Below are positions 1 through 11,831 of a stretch of 64,000 nucleotides of DNA, piece after piece. The stretch is from Lama guanicoe. Lineage: Eukaryota. Location: contig MU053933.1 of NCBI GenBank assembly GCA_013239625.1, positions 1-64,000 on the forward strand. Direction: 5' to 3'. Numbering within the stretch: the first letter of the stretch is position 1; every line of letters begins with the position of its first letter. A program made the position numbers and the translations under genes. Below the pieces are notes generated by a model, which had not been told where the DNA came from, searched no databases, and saw only the letters and a list, made by a program, of their open reading frames with translations.

Positions 1-460
1 GACATGGAAGCAACCTAAACGTCCAGTGACAGATAATGGATAAAGAAGTTGTGGCATATGTACACAATGGAGTACTACTCAGCCATAAAAAGAATAAAAT
101 AAATCCATTTTCAGACATGTGGATCTAAGATTCTAAAAAAAATGCGACAACTGAACTTATTTAGGAAGCAAAACAGACCCAGAGTCATAGAAGACAAAAT
201 TTTGGTTCTGAGGTGGGGGATGGGGGATGCAGGGATAATTGGGAATTTAGCATTTACAGATGCACACTACTATGTATAAAATAGGTAAACGTCAAAGTTG
301 TACAGTGTAGCACAAGGAATTATATTCAACCCCTTGTAATAGCCTATAATAAAAGGAATATGAAAAGGAATATATATGTATATATAACTGAATCCCTATG
401 CTGTGCACCAGAAATTAACACAACGTTGTAAGCAAACCATACTTCAATAAAAAAAAAAAA
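1..460 (+). mobile_element. LINE-1 3' end (cetartiodactyl/camelid-type 3' UTR with poly(A) tail), in MX1 intron
   Basis: Begins in the typical L1 ORF2/3'UTR motif (gacatggaagcaacctaaacgtcca...tactactcagccataaaaagaat) and ends ...catacttcAATAAA + A-tail. Similar to copies at 24275, 46350 and (reverse) 11832, 50041. Confidence 0.85.
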
Positions 461-993
461 GGCCTCCTTCAGAAGTTTGTACTGAACATAGAAGAAAAGG
501 TTTAGGATGCACCTGGCGTCACACATCACCCTCAGTGGTACCCAGTGAAGTCTGGGGGTCCAGATTCCTTCTGGCTGAAGGGTTTCCTCCTGGTTCTCTG
601 GCAGCCAGTTTCTCTGAACTCCAGAATATGAAATGTATGTGATTTCCCGATTTAAATCTGGCCCCTACTTATGCCTATGAGCTCTCTGGTAGAAAAACAC
701 TCTTCCTTGTCAGATGGAAAGACTGTAAAAGAGAAAGGAGGCTGGAAATGAGACGTGAGAATGGAGCCCGTGCTGGTCCCCGGCCCTGGGGATGAGGGGT
801 CTGGTCACCCGTGTGGCTCGGGCTCCCTGGGAAATTCTGACCTCCACCAGGGGCGGGAGCCCGCCTTGGAGAAGCCGGCAACGTCGGGCAGAAGTTGGCA
901 CTTGCTGGGGGTGGCGCTTACAAAGACTTATTTGCTTCCGACCCCCTGATTCATTCCAGAGGTAAATGTTGTCATGTTTCTCTTTTGCCGTAG

Positions 994-1233
994 TCCAAAA
1001 TTGAGGACATTAAACTAGATCTAGAAAATGAAGCTGAGAAGCTCATCCGACTGCACTTCCAAATGGAGCAGATCGTCTACTGCCAGGACAAGGTGTACCG
1101 GGGTGCACTGCAGAAGGCCAGGGAGAAGGAGGCCGAAGAAGAAAAGAACAAAAAATCAAAGCATTCTTTTTCGACCCTCACTGAGGACCCCTCCATAGCT
1201 GAGGTCGTTCAGCACCTGACCGCCTACCATGAG
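994..1233 (+). CDS. MX1: MX1 penultimate coding exon (stalk, includes loop L4): [80 protein letters not shown]
   Basis: Acceptor ttttgccgtag ends at 993 and donor GTGAGT starts at 1234; 240 nt, phase 0. The peptide matches the Mx stalk motif [15 protein letters not shown]. Confidence 0.95.
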
Positions 1234-1714
1234 GTGAGTCTGCGAGTGTCTGAGAAAGGCGCTGTTCGCCTGTTCCCTTGTGTGTGATGCCTTTCCCTTC
1301 ATTCCTGTTGTCTGTGCAAGGGGACCACCAGCTCCATGGTTCAGTCCTTGGTGAACCTCCGAGGAAGCAGCTCCATCAGACAGATGAGAAGCCTGTGACT
1401 CATGTCTGGTTTTGCTGGCTGTGTGGTCCTGGCCAAGTTGCTTAACCTCTCTGAGCCTCAGCTTTCTTCTCTGTAAAACGGTGTCTCCGCTCAGGGTTCT
1501 TGTGGATCGTCAGTGAGAGGGGTATGAGGAAACCCCTCCAGCAGCTTCGGGGCTCAGAGGCAGCTGGCCGCAGCGACACATGCTTGGACAGCCACCCCGC
1601 GTTTCACACGATGGGAAGGGCCCTCTCAGTCTCCTTGGGGAAGGGTGCCCAGCTCGGAGCTGTGGGGATTTGCAAAAGTCTAGGCAGGAAAGATGTTATG
1701 TATTGATTTACTTC

Positions 1715-1815
1715 CTTATTCACTTATTTATTCATTTAGATGGCAGTACTGGGGGCTTCCCCCAGGACCCCGTGCCTGCCGGGCACGGGCGCACCCACTG
1801 AGCTCTACCCTCCCC
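1715..1815 (-). mobile_element. Degraded tRNA-Ala-derived camelid SINE
   Basis: Reverse complement reads ggggagggtagagctcagtgggtgcg...ggggtcctggggg...ccccagtactgccatc followed by a taaat-type tail. Confidence 0.7.
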
Positions 1816-1859
1816 GCAACTGTCCATCTTTGTACGATGCTAAACCCACTGCCCCTCTT

Positions 1860-3060
1860 TTCCTTTTTTTCCTTTTTTTATAATGCGATACAACATACAT
1901 CACATGAAATTTACCATTTTAACTGTTTTCAGGTGTACGATTCAGTGGCCCTAAGCCCATCCACGCTGGCGAGCAGCCATCACTACCACCATCTCCAGAC
2001 CTTTTTCATCTTCCCCAAAGGAAACTCTGCTCCCACTGAACACCCACCCCCCACCCCCTGCCCGGCCGCTGGCACCCCATTCTGCCTTCTGTCTCTGAAT
2101 TGTCCTGTTCTCCGTAGCTCGTGTAACTAGATTCACAGTATTTGTCCTCTGGTGTCTGGCTTATTCTCCGCAGCATAATGTTCTCAAGGTTCATCCTTTC
2201 TGATCCCCTGAGATGACACGTGTGGCAGGTGTCAGGGCTCCCTTCCTCTGCTGAAGGGGATGATGCTCCATGGTGTGTATGTCCTGTATTTGTCCATCCA
2301 TCCATCGGCCCACGGACACTAGGTCTGTCCCTACCTTTCGGCCCCTCAGGAATGAGGCTGCAGTGAACACGGGGCACAACTACCTATGCTCCTGCCTCTC
2401 TGTGCAGACATTGGGTGCCTCTTCTTGTCTGTTCCAGTTTCAGTAAGAAGTTTAGAGGTAGCTTGTCGAGTTCCTTATGCAACAAGGGAACTGTTGGCAT
2501 CCTTACTGGGACGGCACTCATGCACGGGTCTGCACAGAAGAGTCGCCATCTTTGTGACTTCAGATGTTCCTGTCCAAGGACATCGCGGGTCACCACGGGT
2601 GACCGCAGATACGCTCCCTAGTTCACGTCAGCTGATGAGCGATCTCCGTCCCGCCTGCAGCTTCAGTTCCAAGAACATCTTGAGTCTTCCCAGTTGTAAG
2701 AGCTCCTTCTGGGTGGCCTCTGAAGTGTTCTAGAGTTCTCTGCAGGAAGGCCGTGCACACGTCTCAAGTTTGCTCCTCCGCCTTGTCTCATCTCTGTCTC
2801 TAGTGTGGATGAGCCTTGTCCCGCGATGCGGCTTCTGCTTCTTGTTAGCAGGCGTGCTTTCTGCGTGTTGTCTGACTCCGTCACCCGCACTGATCCTCTT
2901 CCTGCTGGTGGTGGTTTTACAGCTGATTCTCCCGAGTTTGCCCAGCGAACACTCATCCTCTTGCAAATGGTGGTTTTACCCTCCTCTCCTCTGTCCATTT
3001 TTAGCTCAAACTTCCTTTTCTTGCCTCTGGTCTCTTCAGTGCAGCTTAAAGCAGTATTGG
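1860..3060 (-). mobile_element. Old L1M-type LINE fragments (approximate boundaries)
   Basis: Antisense L1 3' UTR-like text (tttaccattttaactgttttcaggtgtacgattcagtggc; ttcacagtatttgtcctctggtgtctggcttatt), followed by degraded T-rich L1 body-like sequence. Confidence 0.5.
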
Positions 3061-3266
3061 ACTAACAGCCATGCCTCGTCTCTGATGTTAGTGAGAACCC
3101 CACTCTCCTGCTGAGGACGGTCCTCACTGGCCACAGTCCAGGTGTCAGGCGGGCTCGATTCCTGATGGAGGTTGTCAGGGGGTGTCCGTTTCTTCACCTC
3201 GTCCAGCTCCTGCAGGCTGCCCGCATCCCTGGCTAGGAGCCCCTCCTGCATCTTCTAAGGAAGCGC

Positions 3267-3758
3267 TGTTACAACCAACCCCCTATTTTCTAGATTTTCT
3301 TCAGAGATTCTGTAGGGACAAGAGGAAGGGGCGACATGCTAAGGAAAGGGTTTGGGGTCTGTGATCAGCTCGTGGACATTCTTCTGATTGGCTGGTGGTG
3401 AGGTACCTGGGAGTCAGCAGCGTCCACCTTCTGGTTCCAGCCAGTCTGGGGTCTGCACACTGGTGGGCAGCATGCAGTTAACTTCTTCCGCCTGGTAGGG
3501 GTTTAGTGTCTGTAAAACAGCTGAAAGGACATGGCTCAGAATATGACCTGCAGCCCTTGAGGAGGAACAAAATTTCCTTTGTTTAGCGGCTACACTGTTA
3601 TTGTTTTGTTTTGCTTAACTATTATCCTTTGTTTCGGCATTTTTAAACTTCTTTGATTAAATTTATTCTTAGCTATTTTTTTTTTCTAGACAAGAAGCCA
3701 GCAGAGGAAATAGGCGGCTTTGTCCTGGGATGGCCCCATAGGGTCCTGCCCAGTTACA
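3267..3758 (-). mobile_element. ERV1-like solo LTR in the last MX1 intron
   Basis: TG...CA termini (minus strand starts TGTAACTGGGCAGGACCCTATGGGGCC), CCAAT box (ctgattgg on +), LTR-like composition. No clear TSD. Confidence 0.55.
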
Positions 3759-4006
3759 GGGACAGAGAGAGGAAAAGTTGAAACCGATTTTCAACAGACA
3801 TAGAACACAGTGGGTTTCCTTTTGTGGCCTTGGATGACCCAGCCTCTTTCCTGCTAATTAATTTTAGCCTTGATTTTAAAAAAGGGTCGTAAAATCTTTG
3901 GAGGTAGAGTTCCAAGTAATTTGAAAATGTAGTTTTTGTACTCAGTCCATCCATTTAGCTTTTTAGAGTACATTTTAACCTCTTCCATCAAAAGTGACCA
4001 TTTAGA

Positions 4007-4110
4007 GGGGGTGGTATAGCTCAGTGGGGGAGAGCATGCTTAGCATACAGAAGGTCCTGGGTTCAGTCCCAGTAACTCCATCAAAAAAAAAAAAAGGGAG
4101 AGGAACTGAA
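4007..4110 (+). mobile_element. tRNA-Ala-derived camelid SINE with TSD
   Basis: ggggtggtatagctcagtgg...gcttagcat...ggtcctgggttcagtccc and an A-tail. Flanked by aaaagtgaccatttag / aaaagtaactatttag. Confidence 0.85.
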
Positions 4111-4326
4111 AAAAGTAACTATTTAGTGAATAGGAGAAGGTGATTGGAGCGCAGGGTTGGCGCTCACCCCTTGTGCCCAGAGCACAGAGGATGCAGGCGG
4201 GTGTGAACCCAGGCGGGGACCTGCCGCCCGCCAGGTCGAGTCTGTCCCCGGGCCCTGTGGTGAAGTCAGGTGTCCAGGCTGCAGCGGCCCCTCACTTGCT
4301 ATGAACTGTCCCTTCCTTCCTCCCAG

Positions 4327-4557
4327 GAGGTCAGCAACCGCATCTCCAGCCACATCCCCTTGATCATCCAGTACTTTGTGCTGCAGTCGTTCGGCCAGCA
4401 GCTGCAGAAGGGCATGCTGCAGCTCCTGCAGAACAAGGACGAGTATGACTGGCTTCTCAAGGAACGCAGCCACACCAGCGACAAGAGGAAGTTCCTGAAG
4501 GAGCGGCTGTCGCGGCTGACCCAGGCTCGGCGTCGGCTCGCCAAGTTCCCTGGGTAA
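4327..4557 (+). CDS. MX1: MX1 last coding exon (GTPase effector domain/BSE): [76 protein letters not shown]
   Basis: Acceptor ccttcctcccag ends at 4326; in frame with the previous exon. C-terminus RRRLAKFPG is MX1-type rather than MX2-type. Convergent adjacency to TMPRSS2 matches known synteny. Confidence 0.96.
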   Translation, partial: EVSNRISSHIPLIIQYFVLQSFGQQLQKGMLQLLQNKDEYDWLLKERSHTSDKRKFLKERLSRLTQARRRLAKFPG

Positions 4558-4929
4558 ACCGGCCCTCTGGCCCGTCCAGGGTCTCCAGGACACATCCCCA
4601 GGGAGTGGAGGACCAACGTCTTTCCCTGGTAGCCTCGCATCATTAGCGACCCATTTCACAGATGCCTGAGCGACTAGTAGGTTCTCTGCTCTTAGTGAGT
4701 GAGGACTTTGTAAGGAGCTCTGACGAGCACGTGGGCTTCAGGCATCCAGCGATTTTCTTGCTTGCTCTTCCCCTTCCCTGAACTCTCTCCCTCTCTTCGT
4801 CAGATACTCACCCATGCACCCGCATCCTAGACGGGTCTTCCTGCTTTCTGTAATAGCCTTTCACACCGACGTTTTAGGGGCATTAGTGCCACGTGAGACT
4901 GCACACCGAAGCCTGTTTCTTCAATTTTT

Positions 4930-4935
4930 AATAAA
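4930..4935 (+). terminator. MX1: MX1 polyadenylation signal AATAAA
   Basis: First AATAAA seen after the stop codon (about 370 nt downstream), followed by U/GU-rich sequence. Confidence 0.75.
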
Positions 4936-7392
4936 GTCATTTTTCCCAGACGTTTCTCTGACACATTCTTTATTTGGGTGAGGAAGTTTTAAATGACAGC
5001 AGGTGGGAACCAGGGGAGCGGTCGATGGGCGCTGAGGCTGCCCTCCATGCTGGGTCAGGTGAGAAAGAACACTTGAGCAAAGGAATGCGCTCAGTTATGT
5101 ACAAGAGGCTGGAGGGAAATGGGGAACAAAGTTAAGAAATGGAGCAGAATGGGGAGCAATGGGCAGTCGCCGTTTATAATGTGTGCTGCTCAAGTGTGCA
5201 GTCGGCTTCATCACCGGGCACCTGGCACCGGGCTGAAAGGTACAAGCCAGAGTCCAGAGGGGTCGCTGCCCCCCCAGTGGGGTTCTGCAGGAGGTGCAGG
5301 GCCAGCAGGCAGGGAGGGCAGAACATTCAGCATGAGCTGCCCAAACAGTGCGGTGGGGTCCTGACTGCCCCCCTGGACTGAGCAGAGCTGGGGACACTCA
5401 CAGGCACCTGGTCAGAGAGGGAGTGACTGCCTGGATATCTGTCCACTCCCAGGCCAAGCTGGACAACCATCCAGCCCCCGCCCACCCTCCATCCCAGGTC
5501 CCTCTGACACTCAGGGCTCAGTGATCTCAGGGCTTTGGGACGCTGTGGAATTTATGCACAAGAGAGGTCGCTCAGGCTCCTCGGCGCCCCCTCGTGTCTG
5601 GCCTGAGTAACTGCTCCAGTACCAGGCATCCTGGCCACCAAGGGCAGCATCTGCCTGGACCCGAACCAGCCAGAGGGGTCAGTGTTGCCAAGGGTTCTTT
5701 TGCTGCTGTTTCAGTTTTCCCAGAGAGTCCTCCGCAGGATGGAGGGAGAAAGCCGGCAGTAGTGCTTCAGAGATCGGGGACTTCCCCAGGGAACAAGTCA
5801 GCACTTACAAGGTGCTGACAGTTGCTTTCCTTTTGGCCACAAGGAGCAGGGGTCTCGGTGCCCCCAGGCCTGTCTGACCAGCCAGCGATAGGGGGAAAGT
5901 ACACTGTCCCTCCTCCCAAGGAGGGACAGGGAGAGACAGCCCTGAAGTCCACTCAGTGTGACCCCTCACTCAGTGGGGGTGGGGCTCAGACAAGCTGTGA
6001 ACTGCCCCTCCCCCGTCCCCCATCCCCATCTCCACCCATGAGGGGCAGCTCTGGGATCAGAACCTGCATCTCCAGACCCTGCTGCCTGCTCCACAGCACC
6101 GGCTCGAAGGTCCATCAACCTGTGCAGAGCAGACTAGATTAGCACAGATGCCCACTCACGGGCCCTCCAGGCAAGCCTGGGGCTCAGTTCACCTCGTAGG
6201 ACAGAGCTGAGTTCGGAGCAGAGCAAGGAGAGGGGCCAGATAACACTGGACTGACCAGCGCAGGGCCTGACGTCAGCAGGTGCTCAGTAAATGCTCTGGG
6301 ATGGAGTTGGCGTGGGTTACGCTGGGCACTTGTCCAGATGACCTTCTGGATTCGTGACTATCTTCTAAGATGCTATGGAGCACCTGCCTTTATTATTTTC
6401 CTCCTCGAGCAAAAAGCAAAAACAAAAGCAACCGGACAGCCAGGGTGAATTTCCTCCATCAGTTTCTGTTTGGGGGGAAAGGAATCCAGTCCAAGTGGCC
6501 GGTTGGCCAGCAGGGAGCTGTAAGGCAGCAGAAGGGGCAACGGCCTTGGCTTTCCGTGGTTCAGTGGGTCCAAATGGATCAGTGGATTCTCAGGGGATTG
6601 TAAGAACAGGGCCTTTAATCATAGCAAAGCAATGGCTCAAACACCAAAATTCATGGGGTTAATTCATGTTAAATGAGGTAGCTGGTACGCAGTGAATATT
6701 GTAAATGTTTCTTTGGGAGCCACATAAATTGTAGCCCTTTGGTTAAAACACCGGTTGAACCCGGAGGAGAGCTCTGGCCGGTGTCACCTCATGCGTCACC
6801 GTCTCTGGGTCCAAAGCCGAAAGTGCCGTGGTCATGGGATTTGACTCCGAGCCGGGGTGTGTGCGGCTCCTTTACAAAGTCAGATTCAGGGATAAAGCCT
6901 CGGTCAGAAGGGAAAACGTCTCTGAAATCGGGGTCAGGTCAGGGAAACCATAGGAGAGCCAGAAGGAAAGAGCTGGGAACAGACCAGGGACCTGAGTTGA
7001 AAGCCTAGATTACGGGGGTGCCCTCCCTCCCCGTAACAGCTCAGGGAGAAGCGGATCCAGGGGGATTCGTTTTCTGCTCTGGACTCACCACCTGCCGCAG
7101 CTGCGAGGAGCAAGGAAATGAGCAGCCCAGATCCCACGCTTTTATTAAGACCCGGCTTTCCACTTTAGTCAGTATTGGGCGTTGATTTGTATCAAGCAAG
7201 TTAACTTCTGTCTCTATTAAATGTTTAAATACAAAAATGTCAGCATTTCCTAGTCTCAGCATCCTGGCTGATCTTTTAAGGGAAGCCAGCCTCCTCCCAA
7301 AGTAAAGCCATTCACGAGGGGGCTCCGGAGTGACATGCATGATGTAACTCCGAAGGGCCAGCGCCTTGCCCACGTGGACAATTTTAGGTGAG

Positions 7393-7993
7393 CGGTCGAT
7401 CTTCCTTATTCCCGGATCCCTTATTGGTGGATTCGCCTACTCGCCACAATTTGCTTGTTACCCCACAGCATTACTAGCAGCGCTTCTGTGGGTGCGGGCA
7501 GAGGGGAAAGAAACTGGGCTGCCCGCTGAGGTGGCACAGGGGGACCCTGCCTCCTCGCTTCCACTCAGACTGCTCACAGGGGCCCTTTCCACAGGCTGTG
7601 TAGTGCCGTGTTTTCTTCGCTTTTGCACTCTTTGCTGGTGATTTCCCTGTTAAAGTGGCCCCACGCGCAGCGGGAGGAGCTGTCTAGGGGCGAGTGCAGG
7701 CAGGCTGGGCCGTGCCCCCTGCAGAAGTCACGTGGTTAGATGAGCGTCCCTCAGGAGCGAGCCCAGGGCTGCCGGCTGTGAGCTCAGTGTCAGTGAACCA
7801 AAGACACACACCAGCGAGGTGTCTTTAAACGAACACACACTGGACAGGGTGGTACACCGATCGGTGACAAAGACCGGAGGCTGGCAGCCACCTGACCCTG
7901 TTTGTCCCTGAGCAGCACGGATTCAGGATTCACCGACTGAATGCTCGCGAGGACTCTGTACAACGTAATTACCTCAAATAACAGAATCAGCTG
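7393..7993 (-). mobile_element. MER82-like TcMar-Tigger non-autonomous DNA transposon
   Basis: Degenerate terminal inverted repeats (cggtcgatcttccttatt ... aataacagaatcagctg) and internal motifs (ttcgcctactcgc, ttgctggtgatttccctgttaaagtggcccc, aggtgtctttaaac) resembling the MER82 consensus as recalled. Confidence 0.7.
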
Positions 7994-8635
7994 CATTTAA
8001 GAATATTGCCTGACAAAAATGTGTGCTTTCTTTACCTTTTTCTCATAGTTTTTCCCATAACTTTAACCCAACTTGACCTAATGAAGACAGTCAGCAGTCA
8101 TTGTTCTCCGACCACCTGCTGTGTGCTGGGAACTCCTGGATCTGGGGAACTGGGACAGTAAGAATGGGCTTCTGTTTGAGGCAGGGAACACTCACCTCGT
8201 CTCTCTCTCTCTCACTTGTGTCACACCCTCCAGGGCCGGGGACACTCGCTATTGACAAAGCAGCTGACACACGAGCTCACAGGGGTTTGAGGAAGACAGC
8301 TCCGGGGACGAGATGCTGGACTCCAGCTTGGGCAGGCTGGGTCTGAGGACGTGTGGGACACTGGGCAGAGAGCTCGAGAAGAGTTTGGTCTCGGGGCCTG
8401 AATCTGGGAGAAGAGGGAGGCACAGGCGATGGCCATTCAGGAGCTGTCCTCGAGTCAGCTCGGACAGGCCGGGCCGTGGGAACGGGGGTGACACCCAGAA
8501 GACCGGGGCCGCCGGCCCCACCTCGCCTCAACCCCGCCCCCACCACGCAGCAGCTGCCCCAAGGTCACGGCCCGGTGAGTACACGCAGGCTGGTTCTGCT
8601 CGCCGCGGAGATCGCCCAAGGCTTGACACTTGTTT

Positions 8636-10116
8636 GGAAAAAAAAAATGTATAATTTATTTGTACAATTGTCCACCATTGAATTTTACAGTTTAAAAAAG
8701 ATACAGAACGGAAGGCAAACACAGGTCATATAAATCACAGGAGGCACTAAAGAAGAAACGCGCTCCCACCGCGACGCTCGGGGACCAGGCCTGCGTGCAC
8801 CGCCGCTGGGAGGTGGGAGCCTCCTGCGCGTGGGCTGCACAGGCTTCCTTTCCGAGGCTGAGACCCAGCACAGCATCGCTCTTTCGCTCTTGGAAATCAG
8901 CATGCCTGAAAGGAGGAAGGACCTTGGGAGAGTGGTGCTCATGGCCCCTGAGTTTTTGAGTCACACCTGGCAACTCAAGGTGGCCCTTTCCCTCCAGGGT
9001 AAACCTCAGGGGCTGGAAGAGGCCACAGGAGTCCAACATCCACCACTCGTCTTTGTCACAAGCACAGGGCTGCGCCACAGCACATTGCTAACAGCACATT
9101 AAATCAGGAGCCACTTCGTAAAAGCAGCTCAAGCCGGCCACAGCTCACCGGGGCCAGGACAACCGCAGTTTCAAAGAGCCCAGTGTAGGGACTCAGAGGA
9201 TCACAGTGGAGATGCCATGAGGGCTGAGGTAGTAACGTGTGGAAACTTTACAGGAAACAGTGTATCTTTAATCACACATCCCTGATTTTCCTTGATGACC
9301 TCAATTTCCAGGTGATTATCAGGCCTTAAGAGGATCAACAGGCACCCCACCCGGCCCCCCCCGTGAGGACCGGGGGTGAGGGGGTCACAATCTCCAGGGG
9401 GGCTGGGGAGAGGACAGGGAGGAGCAGGGAGTAAGGCTGGTCCTCTGCCCTTGCAGCGCTTAGCGGGTGGGCGGCACATCTGCAATGACATCCCATGCTC
9501 CGGGCACCCCGTCCACACCCTCACCCCTCCAAGGAGGGAGGAAGTTTTCTGTGCCCTGACAAGTGGCTCTCAAGTCATCCCCCATGAAGGGCTCGTCCCT
9601 TTATCTTGGGCCACCCTCAGGGGCTGCTGAGAAGGCACAAACACTGATCATCAAAGTCCCTTCTGGGGCCACAGGCCCTGGGGGACACCCCAGGGGGCCC
9701 TCACTGGCCGCGGTCCCAGAGGGCAGGCAGCCCCAGCACCTGGGGCTTTCTCCTTTCCAGCTCACGCTGTCCAGCATCTGAGAAGTCACCAGCCCCATGT
9801 GCATGCAAGGGTGGCCCCTCAAATGAGGTCAGAAAGGAGGTCCCGGGGGGCAGACCCCACCCCTCTGTTCTGCACTGGTCCTGCGTGTCCACACCCAGCT
9901 GGGCCTCCCCTTTCGGATGGGGGTCCGGGAGCGGGCCCCTGGGGAAGAGCCACGTGGCCTGCACAGAACTGCGGAGAATGCCAACGACAGAGAAGTTTGC
10001 TGTTTAATCAAAATGAAAGGACCTGGGACTCATTTCTACACAGCCATGATGCACGAGGTGAAGGCCTGCCCCTGCACTCCCTCGGGGAGCGGTGCCAGTG
10101 CCCAAGGCCGGACGGG
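8636..10116 (-). other. TMPRSS2: TMPRSS2 3' UTR (exon 14; 3' end approximate)
   Basis: Lies between the stop codon (10117-10119) and the AATAAA at 8655-8660. Confidence 0.7.
8655..8660 (-). terminator. TMPRSS2: TMPRSS2 distal polyadenylation signal AATAAA
   Basis: tttatt on +, about 1.46 kb downstream of the stop, followed on the minus strand by a U-rich tract and GU-rich sequence. Confidence 0.75.
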
Positions 10117-10128
10117 TCAGCTGTTGGC
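10117..10128 (-). CDS. TMPRSS2: TMPRSS2 exon 14 coding part: ANS*
   Basis: Acceptor ttcgttttccttttctgaacAG, then GCC AAC AGC TGA; completes the 1479-nt CDS. Confidence 0.88.
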   Translation of the reverse strand, partial: ANS

Positions 10129-11445
10129 CTGTTCAGAAAAGGAAAACGAAACGATGTCATCTTCTTAAAACAAACGAAGGTAGAAAACTATCTCCCCTTG
10201 GATTGACATGAGGCCCTTGCACAGCAAATGAACAGACACAAGAGAAAGGGATATTTTCTCCTACAGCGTGAAGGTCAAGGAGATAGGCTGACCAGTGGAG
10301 TGAGACCAGCACGTGCAAAGGCTCGGAGGGAGGAGGGAGAGCGGGGTGTGCGGGAATCAGACCATTCAGCACGGCTGGAACACAGGCCTCTCTCTGGGCA
10401 AATCAAGCTTGACCTTGGCCATTGAAAGACATCAAGTGTTTAATTAGCCCCACCTTCTACCCCGCCTCCTCTGCTGCCGCCCAGCTGTCTCAGTCCCTGC
10501 TCTGAAGGTGCTCAGCCACTGGCAGTGCCTAAACCCATTGTGCCCGCTGCACTCTCATCCTGGAGGGACAGTCACTCCACGGCCTGGCTCACCTCCATCC
10601 AGGTGTTCTGGGCACCTGCCCCTCCCAGTGCCCCCCCCCGGGCCCCTCAACTTCCCTCCTCCATGCAGCCCCTGGCGGGACAGGAGGACAGCTGTCTAGT
10701 TTCAGCACTCGGCCCTTTGTCGGGTAGGGACTAGCCAGGCCCCATGGTCGCTTGAAAGTGTGAGCACCAATGGTCACATGGGGCAGAGGCAGGCACGGTC
10801 TCACTGGGCAGCACCTCTGGTTCTGCCTTTCCTGGCATCTGGGCACCTTTGGAGACTCGAGAGGGGACAAAATAAAACTTTTTCTTCCACTAGAGGCTTA
10901 GCCCTCGAGGGGGCTGAAATCTATGAGCACTGCCAGTCCCAAGGCCCCTGTGATGGACAGGGGTCCGGTCCTCACCCAGGATCTGGGCGGAGGTCAACGA
11001 CAGGGCTTCACTAAGCATCTCGGGCCAGGCCAGGAGTCAGGGGGGGCAGGGTCGCCAGGGACCATCTCCCCTCCTCACCACCTCTCCCTGAACCAGAGAG
11101 TTCCAGCTGCTCCTCCGCCCCAGCACGCACAGCACAGCCCAGAAAAGGACAGGGAGAGTCACTACTGGCTGATCGGCCTCCCTCTGCTCTCTGCCTGTCA
11201 CCAGAAATCTGATTCGATGACATCCAGGTGAGTCAACAAAGCCAGTGGAGCCAGAACTAAGCGTGGTCAGCAGAGCCCCGCAAACCCATGACAGTCAGCT
11301 CTGGATCCCACAAAGCTGAGCCCCAGACACGTTCACCCAAACACCAGCGGTGGGCCCTGGAGGGTGAGGGAGGGGACGCCAACTGCAGCCAACCACGCTT
11401 CCTGGACATCTGGGCTTTGACACAGCAAGTCAGAGAACCCAGTCA

Positions 11446-11664
<219 letters not shown>

Positions 11665-11831
11665 TCACAGAGGGCAGGGAGGTGGGACGGGGCTCAGCAG
11701 GGGTGACGGGAGTGCCTGCGGGCTTCAAGCCACCTCCAGTGAGGTGACAGTAATACAGTCCCCCAGAGAGACTGTACCGGGCATTAATTTTTGCCTGCAT
11801 CAGCTAACAGTTAACAAATAAATGACTGTCC

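Noticed and set aside
446..460. Sense AATAAA + A-run in the MX1 intron as a premature terminator
   Set aside because: Ordinary L1 tail; such intronic signals are common and nothing in the sequence indicates use.
994..4557. Assignment as MX2
   Set aside because: C-terminal RRRLAKFPG and position adjacent to TMPRSS2 indicate MX1.
10142..10152. ISRE-like GAAAACGAAAC
   Set aside because: Coincides with the polypyrimidine tract of the TMPRSS2 exon 14 acceptor, which explains it.
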